NCBI RefSeq assembly: GCF_039808215.1 | Contig: NZ_JBDHSP010000012.1 | Span: 7,657-71,656 of the forward strand | Length of the DNA: 64,000 nt | Direction of reading: 5' to 3' | Source: Paracoccus sp. (in: a-proteobacteria) | Lineage (GTDB): Bacteria; Pseudomonadota; Alphaproteobacteria; Rhodobacterales; Rhodobacteraceae | In this document: in pieces, positions 9,171-16,629 of the stretch | How the letters are laid out: each line of letters opens with the position of its first letter | Position numbering within the stretch: position 1 is the first letter of the stretch | Translations under genes and position numbers: made by a program | The notes under the pieces: generated by a model | The model's input: the letters and a program-made list of their open reading frames with translations, nothing else | Database searches by the model: none | Told to the model about the DNA's origin: nothing

Positions 9171-10715
9171 ATGCAACCGATCAGACTGTTCCGGGGCTTT
9201 CTCTCGGTGGGCGCCTGGACGCTGCTCAGCCGCATCGTCGGATTCGTCCGCGACGCGATGATCGCGGCCTTTCTTGGCACCGGCCCGGTGGCGCAGGCCT
9301 ATATCGTCGCCTTCACCCTGCCCAACATGTTCCGCCGCTTCTTCGCCGAGGGCGCCTTCAACACCGCCTTCGTGCCGATGTTCGCCAAGCGGCTCGAGGC
9401 GGGTGAAAACCCGCGGGCCTTTGCCGAAGAGGCCTTCTCGGGCCTGGCTTTCGTGGTGTTCCTGGTCTCGGTCGCGGCGCATTTCGCCATGCCCTGGCTG
9501 GTGCTGGCGCAGGCCGCCGGCTTTCGCGGCGATGAGCGTTTCGACCTGGCGGTGACCTTTGGCCGCATCTGCTTTCCCTATATCCTGTTCATCTCGCTGA
9601 CGGCGCTCTTGTCGGGGCTTTTGAACGCGGGCGGGCGCTTCATGGCGGCGGCGGCGGCGCCGGTGCTGATGAACTTCATCCTGATCGCCGCCATGGTCAT
9701 GGCGGATCGGCGGGGCTGGGACATGGGCCTGGCCATGGCCTGGTCCACGCCGGTCTCGGGGATCGCGCAGCTGGCGGCGGTCTGGTGGGCGGCCAAGCGC
9801 ATGGGGTTTCCGCTGCGCCTGCGCCGGCCGCGGCTGTCGCCGGACATGCGCCGGCTGCTGGCTATCGCGGCGCCGGCGGTGCTGGCCGGGGGCGTGGTGC
9901 AGATCAACCTGCTGGTCGGGCGCCAGGTCGGCTCGTTCTTTGACGGCGCCATCGCCTGGCTCAACAATGCCGACCGGCTGTATCAGCTGCCGCTGGGCGT
10001 CGTCGGCATCGCCATCGGCATCGTGCTGCTGCCCGACATCTCGCGCCGGTTGAAGGCCGGGGACACCGAGGGCGGCCGCCATGCCTATAACCGCGCGGCG
10101 GAATTCGCACTGTTTCTGACCGTGCCGGCGGCGGTGGCGCTGGTCATCGCCGCCGAGCCGCTGATCTCGGTCCTGTTCAAGCGCGGCGCCTTCCTTGCCG
10201 CCGATGTCGGCCCCACCGCGGTGGCGCTGGCGATCTACGGCCTGGGCCTGCCGGCCTTCGTGCTGCAAAAGGTGTTGCAGCCGCTGTATTTCGCCCGCGA
10301 GGACACACGAACCCCGTTCCGCTTTGCCGTCTGGTCGATGCTGGTCAATGCCGGCGCGGCGCTTGGCCTGGCTCCGCTGATCGGATTTTCCGCCGCGGCC
10401 TGGGGCACGACCATCGCCGGCTGGACCATGGCGGCGCAGCTGTGGCTGGGCACGCGCAATTTCGGCGCCGCGACCGAACTGGACGCGCGGCTGCGCCACC
10501 GCCTGCCCCGCATCGTCGCGGCATCCGCGGTGATGGGGCTGGTGATCTGGGGCCTGGTGGCGGCGCTGGACGAGATGCTGCAGGCGCCGGGCCTGCGCTA
10601 TCTGGCGCTGGCGGCGCTGGTCGGCGCGGGCATGGCCAGCTACGGTGCGGCGGCGCTGGGCTTCGGCGCCATCCGGCTCTCGGACCTGCGCGCCGACCTG
10701 CGCCGTCAGCGCTGA
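9171..10715 (+). CDS. murJ: Lipid II flippase MurJ (MviN)
   Basis: 514 aa polytopic membrane protein, N-terminus FLSVGAWTLLSRIVGFVRDAMIAAFLGTGPVAQAYIVAFTLPNMFRRFFAEGAFNTAFVP is classic MurJ. glnD-murJ synteny is typical of alphaproteobacteria. Confidence 0.92.
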   Translation: MQPIRLFRGFLSVGAWTLLSRIVGFVRDAMIAAFLGTGPVAQAYIVAFTLPNMFRRFFAEGAFNTAFVPMFAKRLEAGENPRAFAEEAFSGLAFVVFLVSVAAHFAMPWLVLAQAAGFRGDERFDLAVTFGRICFPYILFISLTALLSGLLNAGGRFMAAAAAPVLMNFILIAAMVMADRRGWDMGLAMAWSTPVSGIAQLAAVWWAAKRMGFPLRLRRPRLSPDMRRLLAIAAPAVLAGGVVQINLLVGRQVGSFFDGAIAWLNNADRLYQLPLGVVGIAIGIVLLPDISRRLKAGDTEGGRHAYNRAAEFALFLTVPAAVALVIAAEPLISVLFKRGAFLAADVGPTAVALAIYGLGLPAFVLQKVLQPLYFAREDTRTPFRFAVWSMLVNAGAALGLAPLIGFSAAAWGTTIAGWTMAAQLWLGTRNFGAATELDARLRHRLPRIVAASAVMGLVIWGLVAALDEMLQAPGLRYLALAALVGAGMASYGAAALGFGAIRLSDLRADLRRQR

Positions 10716-11419
10716 CGGATCTGGCGCATCACCCGGCCGATGCCGCCCGGCACCAGCAGGAAGGACAGGGCAAAGCCGCTGCCAAAGCCGGCGATCTCGG
10801 CGATCCAGGTCGGGCTGCCGTCCTGGAACAGGATGCCAAAGACCAGCTGGAACGCCAGCAGCATGCCGATCAGGCTGAAGGCGCGCAGGCGGTTGGCGTT
10901 CTGCTGGCCCAGCCGGATCCACAGCAGGAAGGTGAAGGCGCCGACAAAGCCGTAGACCGCCGGATAGCCGCCGACCAGCGGCGGAAAGCGGAACTGCGGC
11001 AGCATCGCCGCCGCCAGCGTATAGACCAGCGCCCCGCCGACGGCCGACCCCAGAAACAGCGCCAGCACCGCCCAGGGGCGGAACTGCTGCGCGATCAGGT
11101 TCCCCAGCGCCAGGGTGAACACGATGACGAACAGCGCATGCGTCAGCGACAGATGCACGAAGGCATAGGTCAGGATGCGCCAGCCCTGCTCTGGCACGAC
11201 CAGGCCCATCTGCCACAGCCGCAGCAGCAGGTCCGGAACGAAGGCGCTGCGCTCGACCGCGATCTGGCGCATGGCCAGCCCCGCGCCCTGGCCGCCGCCG
11301 CCCAGAAAGCCCAGTTGCGCCAGCCCGAACAGGGCCTCGCTGGCGATCATCGGCAGGGCGATCATCCAGATCACCGCGGGCACCGGGTTGAGTGGCGATT
11401 CGGCATGGCCGGGGCGCAT
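10706..11419 (-). CDS. Rhomboid family intramembrane serine protease
   Basis: [18 protein letters not shown]...[13 protein letters not shown]..., multi-TM. ATG 11419 (MRPGHAES) verified by codon walk. The longer track ORF would overlap the trpS promoter region. The 3' end overlaps murJ by 10 nt (convergent). Confidence 0.75.
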   Translation of the reverse strand: MRPGHAESPLNPVPAVIWMIALPMIASEALFGLAQLGFLGGGGQGAGLAMRQIAVERSAFVPDLLLRLWQMGLVVPEQGWRILTYAFVHLSLTHALFVIVFTLALGNLIAQQFRPWAVLALFLGSAVGGALVYTLAAAMLPQFRFPPLVGGYPAVYGFVGAFTFLLWIRLGQQNANRLRAFSLIGMLLAFQLVFGILFQDGSPTWIAEIAGFGSGFALSFLLVPGGIGRVMRQIRQR

Positions 11420-11507
11420 CGGATGTCCTTCTCTCTGGCGGGGGCGGTTGCGCCCGGTCGGGGCAAGAGGTAAGCCACGCATCGGGATTTTCCAAGCAGG
11501 TAGTGCC

Positions 11508-12527
11508 ATGACCACGAGCTTCGCTCCGCGCATCTTCTCCGGCATCCAGCCCTCGGGCGGGTTGACGCTGGGCAATTACCTCGGCGCGCTGAAGCGCTTT
11601 GCCGAATACCAGGGCAAGGGCGCCGAGACGATCTATTGCATCGTGGACCTGCATGCGATCACCGTCTGGCAGGACCCCGAGAAGCTGCGTCACAACACGC
11701 GCGAGGTGGCGGCGGCCTTCATGGCCTCGGGGGTCGATCCCGAGGTCTCGGTGTTGTTCAACCAGAGCCAGGTCTGCCAGCACGCGGAACTGGCGTGGCT
11801 GTTCAACACCGTGGCGCGGGTGGGCTGGATGTATCGCATGACCCAGTTCAAGGACAAGGCCGGCAAGAACAGCGAAAACTCCAGCCTTGGGCTGCTGGCC
11901 TACCCCTCGCTGATGGCGGCCGACATCCTGGCCTATCACGCCACCGCCGTGCCGGTGGGCGAGGACCAGAAGCAGCATCTGGAACTGACCCGCGACATCG
12001 CCGCCAAGTTCAACCATGATTACGGCACGGATTTCTTTCCGATCACCGAGCCGCTGATCGAGGGCACCGCCACCCGCGTCATGTCGCTGCGCGACGGGTC
12101 GCGGAAGATGTCGAAATCCGACCCTTCCGACGCCAGCCGCATCAACCTGACCGACGATGCCGACGCCATCGCCCAGAAGATCCGCAAGGCCCGCACCGAC
12201 GCCGAGCCCCTGCCCGGCCGCATCGAGGAACTCAAGGACCGGCCCGAGGCGCGCAACCTTGTCAACATCTTCGCCGCCCTGACCGGCGAGACCGAGGAAC
12301 AGGTGCTGGCGCGCTTTGAAGGCCAGGGCTTTGGCAGCTTCAAGCCCGCCCTGGCCGAGGTCGCGGTCGAGGTGCTGGCGCCGATCACCCGCCGCATGGC
12401 CGATTTCATGGCCGACCCGGCCGAGATCGACCGCGTGCTGGGCCGCGGCTCGGACCAGGCGGCGGCGATCGCCGGCCCGATCGTCGAGCGCACCAAGGCC
12501 ATCATGGGCATGATCCGCTCGCGCTGA
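11508..12527 (+). CDS. trpS: Tryptophan--tRNA ligase
   Basis: [27 protein letters not shown]... class I HIGH-type motif and KMSKS motif (KMSKSD). ATG 11508 verified, 339 aa. Confidence 0.93.
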   Translation: MTTSFAPRIFSGIQPSGGLTLGNYLGALKRFAEYQGKGAETIYCIVDLHAITVWQDPEKLRHNTREVAAAFMASGVDPEVSVLFNQSQVCQHAELAWLFNTVARVGWMYRMTQFKDKAGKNSENSSLGLLAYPSLMAADILAYHATAVPVGEDQKQHLELTRDIAAKFNHDYGTDFFPITEPLIEGTATRVMSLRDGSRKMSKSDPSDASRINLTDDADAIAQKIRKARTDAEPLPGRIEELKDRPEARNLVNIFAALTGETEEQVLARFEGQGFGSFKPALAEVAVEVLAPITRRMADFMADPAEIDRVLGRGSDQAAAIAGPIVERTKAIMGMIRSR

Positions 12528-12537
12528 TGACTTCCGG

Positions 12538-12567
12538 GCGGGATGGGTTATGCTTGCCCCATCCCGC
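12538..12567 (+). terminator. Perfect 10-bp stem / 10-nt loop hairpin just after trpS (GCGGGATGGG-ttatgcttgc-CCCATCCCGC); no U-tract
   Basis: Read directly. Begins 11 nt after the trpS stop and ends 33 nt before the next ATG. Could be a U-less terminator or a 5'-leader structure for the next gene. Confidence 0.4.
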
Positions 12568-12599
12568 AGAACGGGCCTGCCGACAGACGGGAAGAGACC

Positions 12600-13559
12600 A
12601 TGGCTGATCAACTGTCGAGGATGCTCGGCGAACGCCCCTGGCTGCTGGCCGACGGGGCGACCGGGACCAACCTTTACAACATGGGCCTGGCGCCGGGCCA
12701 GGCGCCGGACCTGTGGTGCGAAAGCCAGCCCGAAAAGGTGCGCGATCTGCACCGGCAGATGATCGCCGCCGGCGCCGATGTGATCCTGACCAACAGCTTT
12801 GGCGCCAACGCGAACCGCCTGCGCCTGTCGGGCGCCGCCGACCGCGTGGCGGCGGTCAACCGTGCCGCCGCGCGGCTGGCGCGGGACTGCGCCCGCGAAA
12901 GCGGCCGCGCCGTGGTCGTCGCCGGCTCGATCGGCCCCACCGGCGAGATCATGGCGCCCATGGGCCGCCTGACCGAGGCCGAGGCCACGGAACTGTTCAC
13001 CACCCAGGCACAGGCGCTGAAAGAGGGCGGCGTGGACGTGCTGTGGGTCGAGACGATCAGCGCCGCCGAGGAATTCCGCGCCTTCGCCCGAGCCGCCCAG
13101 GCGGTGGCCATGCCCTGGTGCGGCATGATGAGCTTTGAATCCGCCGGCCGCAGCATGATGGGCGTGACGCCGCCCCAGCTTTCGGCGCTGATCGACCGGC
13201 TGCCCAACCCCCCCATCGCATATGGCGCCAATTGCGGCACCGGCCCGGCCGAACTGCTGCGCGCGGTCGCGGGCTTTGCCGCCTCGGGCTGCGAACGTTC
13301 CTATATCGCCAAGCCCAATGCCGGCGTGCCACGCTATCACGAGGACGGGCTGGTCTATGACGCCACCCCCGCGGCCATGGCTGAATTCGCGGTCCTCGCC
13401 CGCGACATGGGTGTGCGCATCATCGGCGGCTGCTGCGGCACCACGCCGGCACATCTGGCCGCGATGCGCCAGGCGCTGGTCGAGGCGCCGCGCGGGCCGC
13501 GCCCCAGCGCCGAACTGGTCTCGGCCCGCATTGCCGCGGCCATGACCCGGCCCGAGTGA
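12600..13559 (+). CDS. Homocysteine S-methyltransferase domain protein (stand-alone MetH N-terminal-like / BHMT-like)
   Basis: MADQLSRMLGERPWLLADGATGTNLY...ILTNSFGAN...IIGGCCGTTPAHL (Zn-binding GGCCG motif). ATG 12600 chosen, with GGGAAGAG upstream. Confidence 0.85.
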   Translation: MADQLSRMLGERPWLLADGATGTNLYNMGLAPGQAPDLWCESQPEKVRDLHRQMIAAGADVILTNSFGANANRLRLSGAADRVAAVNRAAARLARDCARESGRAVVVAGSIGPTGEIMAPMGRLTEAEATELFTTQAQALKEGGVDVLWVETISAAEEFRAFARAAQAVAMPWCGMMSFESAGRSMMGVTPPQLSALIDRLPNPPIAYGANCGTGPAELLRAVAGFAASGCERSYIAKPNAGVPRYHEDGLVYDATPAAMAEFAVLARDMGVRIIGGCCGTTPAHLAAMRQALVEAPRGPRPSAELVSARIAAAMTRPE

Positions 13560-14642
13560 TCAAAACAGCGCCAGCTGCTGCCCGGCCGCCGGCGGCGGGG
13601 CAAAGCGGCTGCAATCCAGCACCTCGCCTGTGCGCGCAAGGCCCAGCCGCCGGCAGGCCAGGCGAAAGCGCTGCTGCAGCAATTCGGCCTCGACGCCCTC
13701 GCCGCGCATGCGGCTGCCAAAGCGCGGGTCGTTGTCGCGCCCGCCGCGCATCGCCCGCACCCGCGCCATGACATGGCCGGCCCGGCCGGGGTGATGGCGC
13801 TCCAGCCAGTCGCGAAACAGCGGCGCCACCTCCAGCGGCAGGCGCAGCGGGATCATGCTGGCGGCGCGCGCGCCGCTGTCGCGGGCGGCCAGCAGGATGC
13901 GCTCCATCTCGGGCTCGGTCAGCACCGGGATCACCGGCGCGACCATCACCCGCACCGGCACGCCGGCATCCGACAAGGCGCGGATCATGCGCAGCCGCGT
14001 TTCGGGTGTGGGCGCGCGCGGCTCCATCTGCCGGGCCAGCGCCGCGTCCAGCGTGGTGACCGACACCCCGACCGCCGCCTGCCCCCGCGCCGCCATCGCC
14101 GCCAGCAGATCCAGATCGCGCAGCACCAATGCCCCGCGCGTCACCAGGCTCAGCGGGTGGTTCCAGTCGTGCAGCACCTGCAGGCAGCCGCGCATGATAC
14201 CCCGGCTGGCCTCGATCGGCTGATAGGGATCGGTGATGGTGCCGAAGGCGATCGGAGCCACGGCATAGCCGCGGCGGCCGATCTCGGCGGCCAGCAACTC
14301 CGGTGCGTTCGGTTTCGCGGTCAGGCGGGTCTCGAAATCCAGCCCCGGCGACAGCCCCAACCAGGCGTGGCTGGGTCGGGCAAAGCAATAGATGCAGCCG
14401 TGTTCGCAGCCGCGATAGGGGTTCACCGAACGGTCGAAGGGAATGTCGGGAGAGGCGTTGCGGCTGATGATCGAGCGCGCGCGTTCCTCGGCCACCTCGG
14501 TGCGCAGCAGGCTTTGCGCCTCGGGGATGTCCCAGCCGTCATCTTCGCGTTCGCCGTGAAGGCGCTCGTATCGTGCTGCCGGGCGGCTGTCGGCGCCGCG
14601 GGCGCGCAGGATCTCATCGGGGTTTCGGGGCGGCAGGGTCAT
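13560..14642 (-). CDS. PA0069-family radical SAM protein (COG1533, SplB-like 'DNA repair photolyase')
   Basis: 360 aa. NPYRGCEHGCIYCFAR is the CxxxCxxC radical-SAM cluster motif in the context typical of this family. The stop abuts the upstream gene's stop with zero spacer. Confidence 0.85.
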   Translation of the reverse strand: MTLPPRNPDEILRARGADSRPAARYERLHGEREDDGWDIPEAQSLLRTEVAEERARSIISRNASPDIPFDRSVNPYRGCEHGCIYCFARPSHAWLGLSPGLDFETRLTAKPNAPELLAAEIGRRGYAVAPIAFGTITDPYQPIEASRGIMRGCLQVLHDWNHPLSLVTRGALVLRDLDLLAAMAARGQAAVGVSVTTLDAALARQMEPRAPTPETRLRMIRALSDAGVPVRVMVAPVIPVLTEPEMERILLAARDSGARAASMIPLRLPLEVAPLFRDWLERHHPGRAGHVMARVRAMRGGRDNDPRFGSRMRGEGVEAELLQQRFRLACRRLGLARTGEVLDCSRFAPPPAAGQQLALF

Positions 14643-14653
14643 CGCAACAAGTT

Positions 14654-14668
14654 AAAACATTCAGCGAA
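14654..14668. promoter_or_regulatory. SOS-box-like direct repeat AAAC-N7-GAAC (minus strand GTTC-N7-GTTT), one mismatch from the alphaproteobacterial LexA box GTTC-N7-GTTC
   Basis: Read directly, 12-26 nt upstream of the radical SAM start codon (14642), in a locally AT-richer stretch. Confidence 0.3.
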
Positions 14669-14798
14669 CATACGCCAGATGGCCCGCCCGCTCCAGAGCG
14701 CGGACTGTTGCGCAGGAAACTACGGCGCGCGGCAATTTCACCGCCCGGGCTTTGCCGGCGCCCGTGGGTCGCCCATATTGAACGCAGGGGAGGTTGCC

Positions 14799-14960
14799 AT
14801 GCCATTGCCGCATTTCCTGATCCTGCTGCTGGCCGTGATCCTGGCCGCGGCGCTGACGCTCTGGGCGGCCAGCGCGCTGGGGGTGGCGGTGCCGGCGCTG
14901 GCCTTGCTGCTGGCAGCCGGCCTTGTCCGCCTGGCGCATCGGCGCCATCAACAGAACTGA
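14799..14960 (+). CDS. Small hypothetical membrane protein (53 aa, two predicted TM helices)
   Basis: MPLPHFLILLLAVILAAALTLWAASALGVAVPALALLLAAGLVRLAHRRHQQN. GGGGAGG Shine-Dalgarno 6-7 nt before ATG 14799, followed by a strong hairpin. The rest of the 13773..14960 ORF is antisense to the radical SAM gene. Confidence 0.5.
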   Translation: MPLPHFLILLLAVILAAALTLWAASALGVAVPALALLLAAGLVRLAHRRHQQN

Positions 14961-14981
14961 CCGGCGCGCGGCAATGAAAAA

Positions 14982-15000
14982 GGGGCGCCCAAGGCGCCCC
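14982..15000 (-). terminator. Rho-independent terminator of carD (GGGGCGCC-ttg-GGCGCCCC followed by TTTTT on the minus strand); may act bidirectionally
   Basis: Perfect 8-bp GC stem read directly. A5 run at 14977-14981 gives U5 after the stem on the minus strand. Lies 24 nt downstream of the carD stop. Confidence 0.8.
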
Positions 15001-15023
15001 TGATGCGGGATATGCGCGGCCGG

Positions 15024-15533
15024 TCAGGCGGCGCGGGCGGTCAGCACCGCATCGACCTTCTTCTGCGCGCCGGCCTCGTCCATGCCGCCGACGGCGGCGA
15101 CCTCGCGGGTCAGCCGCTCCAGCGCGGCCTCATAGAGCTGGCGCTCGGAATAGGACTGTTCGCGCTGGTCGTCGTTGCGGTGCAGGTCGCGCACGACCTC
15201 GGCAATCGACATCAGGTCGCCCGAGTTGATCTTCTGTTCGTATTCCTGGGCGCGGCGCGACCACATGGCGCGCTTGACCCGGGCCTTGCCTTTCAGCGTG
15301 TCCAGCGCGCGCTCGACCAGATCCGGCGTCGACAGGCCGCGCATGCCGATCTCGCTGGCGCGCGCGGTGGGCACGCGCAGGGTCATCTTGTCCTTCTCGA
15401 ACGAGATCACGAACATCTCGAGGCGCAGGCCGGCAACCTCCTGCTCTTCGATCGAGACGATGCGACCCACGCCATGGGTCGGGTAAACCACGAAATCATC
15501 GGGACGGAATTCGGTCTTCTTGGCTTTCGACAT
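15024..15533 (-). CDS. carD: CarD/CdnL family RNA-polymerase-binding transcription factor
   Basis: MSKAKKTEFRPDDFVVYPTHGVGRIVSIEEQEVAGLRLEMFVISFEKDKMTLRVP..., unmistakable CarD N-terminal Tudor-like domain. ATG 15533 verified, GAAGGAAG SD. Confidence 0.93.
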   Translation of the reverse strand: MSKAKKTEFRPDDFVVYPTHGVGRIVSIEEQEVAGLRLEMFVISFEKDKMTLRVPTARASEIGMRGLSTPDLVERALDTLKGKARVKRAMWSRRAQEYEQKINSGDLMSIAEVVRDLHRNDDQREQSYSERQLYEAALERLTREVAAVGGMDEAGAQKKVDAVLTARAA

Positions 15534-15582
15534 AGGGCTTCCTTCGCAACTGCGCCGCATGACGGCACAAAAAACCACAAGA

Positions 15583-15599
15583 CGGGGGCTGATCCCCCG
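15583..15599 (-). terminator. Terminator-like hairpin CGGGGG-atcag-CCCCCG with a U6 run 9 nt downstream, 50 nt upstream of the carD ATG
   Basis: Read directly. Non-canonical spacing between stem and T-run. Function is unclear (attenuator, second stop for fdxA read-through, or 3' end of a small RNA). Confidence 0.3.
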
Positions 15600-15714
15600 C
15601 TGCGGGTCAACTTGGTGTCCTTGCAATCCTGGCCAGATCATCGGTCAGAGCAGGCAGCAGCGCCGAATGGGCCACCGAAGCGGTCCATTCGACGCGATCT
15701 GGCGGCACCATAGC

Positions 15715-15765
15715 ACAAAAAACGCCCCGGATCAAAGCTTCGCTGCAATGCAGCAAGATCCGGGG
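15715..15765 (-). terminator. Rho-independent terminator of fdxA: CCCCGGATC ... GATCCGGGG stem with an inner GCTGCA/TGCAGC palindrome, followed by TTTTTT
   Basis: Stem arms at 15725-15733 and 15757-15765, A6 at 15717-15722 (U6 on the minus strand). About 80 nt downstream of the fdxA stop. Confidence 0.75.
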
Positions 15766-15843
15766 CCGGCGCCGGCGGCACCCCTGAAAATCAAGACGAA
15801 AACCCTGCGAAACTGCCGATCAAGCTGCGGCGCGCGGCGCGAA

Positions 15844-16182
15844 TCAGTCGCCCGTTCCCGGCGCCTCGGAGAAATATTTCTCAAGCTTGCCCGACACGCC
15901 GTCCATTTCCTGATAACCGGGCATCGGGTCCTTCTTGCGGGTGATCACCGGCCATTGATCGGCGTATTTGCGGTTGAACTCGACCCATTGTTCCATGTCC
16001 GGCTCGGTATCGGGGCGGATGGCATCGGCGGGGCATTCCGGCTCGCAGACGCCGCAATCGATGCATTCGTCGGGATGGATCACCAGCGTGTTCTCGCCTT
16101 CGTAGAAACAGTCCACGGGGCACACCTCGACGCAATCGGTGTATTTGCACATGATGCAGTTGTCGGTGACGATATAGGTCAT
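15844..16182 (-). CDS. fdxA: 7Fe ferredoxin ([3Fe-4S][4Fe-4S], Azotobacter FdxA type)
   Basis: [55 protein letters not shown] is the textbook FdxA cysteine pattern. 112 aa. Confidence 0.95.
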   Translation of the reverse strand: MTYIVTDNCIMCKYTDCVEVCPVDCFYEGENTLVIHPDECIDCGVCEPECPADAIRPDTEPDMEQWVEFNRKYADQWPVITRKKDPMPGYQEMDGVSGKLEKYFSEAPGTGD

Positions 16183-16356
16183 GGCGCGTTCTTCCTGTTT
16201 CCTGCAAGGCTAGTTACGCCCGCAACCCGCGGCATTCAAGGCACCGGCGGGCGAAAAGACCGGCATGCGACGATGCGCCGCCTTGGCAGGACGCCATCCC
16301 TCTGCCAGCGCGGGCGCCGGAACGCCGTCCCGCGCCAGGCCGCCGGGTGGCGGAAC

Positions 16357-16629
16357 TCAGCCGGGAATGTCCTCATAAAGCAGGGCCGCCTCGCTGGCCG
16401 GGCCGCGACGCTCGCCCAGCAGCAGTACCCGCAGCACCCGCACCCGCCCATGCGCCGAGACGGTGACGACATCGCCGGGGCGCAGCGAATGCGCCGGCTT
16501 GCTGCAGGGCTGGCCGTTCACCCGGATGCCACCGCCGCCGATGGCATCGGCGGCGAGGCTGCGGGTCTTGAACATCCGCGCATGATGCAGCCAGCGATCC
16601 AGCCGGATCGTGCCCGCATCCCCGCTCAC
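16357..16629 (-). CDS. RNA-binding S4 domain protein (Hsp15/HslR-like)
   Basis: IRLDRWLHHARMFKTRSLAADAIGGGGIRVNGQPCSKPAHSLRPGDVV is an S4 alpha-L motif. The start overlaps the helicase stop by 4 nt. Confidence 0.8.
   Translation of the reverse strand: MSGDAGTIRLDRWLHHARMFKTRSLAADAIGGGGIRVNGQPCSKPAHSLRPGDVVTVSAHGRVRVLRVLLLGERRGPASEAALLYEDIPG

Noticed and set aside
12528-12599. SAM-II/metA-type riboswitch in front of the homocysteine methyltransferase
   Set aside because: The leader is only 72 nt and lacks the conserved AAAGCU/A-rich pseudoknot strand. Only a simple hairpin is visible.
9156-13454. 1432-aa minus-strand ORF spanning murJ, rhomboid, trpS and the Hcy methyltransferase
   Set aside because: It crosses four independently well-supported genes and their spacers. 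The composition is R/G/A/P/D-dominated noise, a high-GC artefact.
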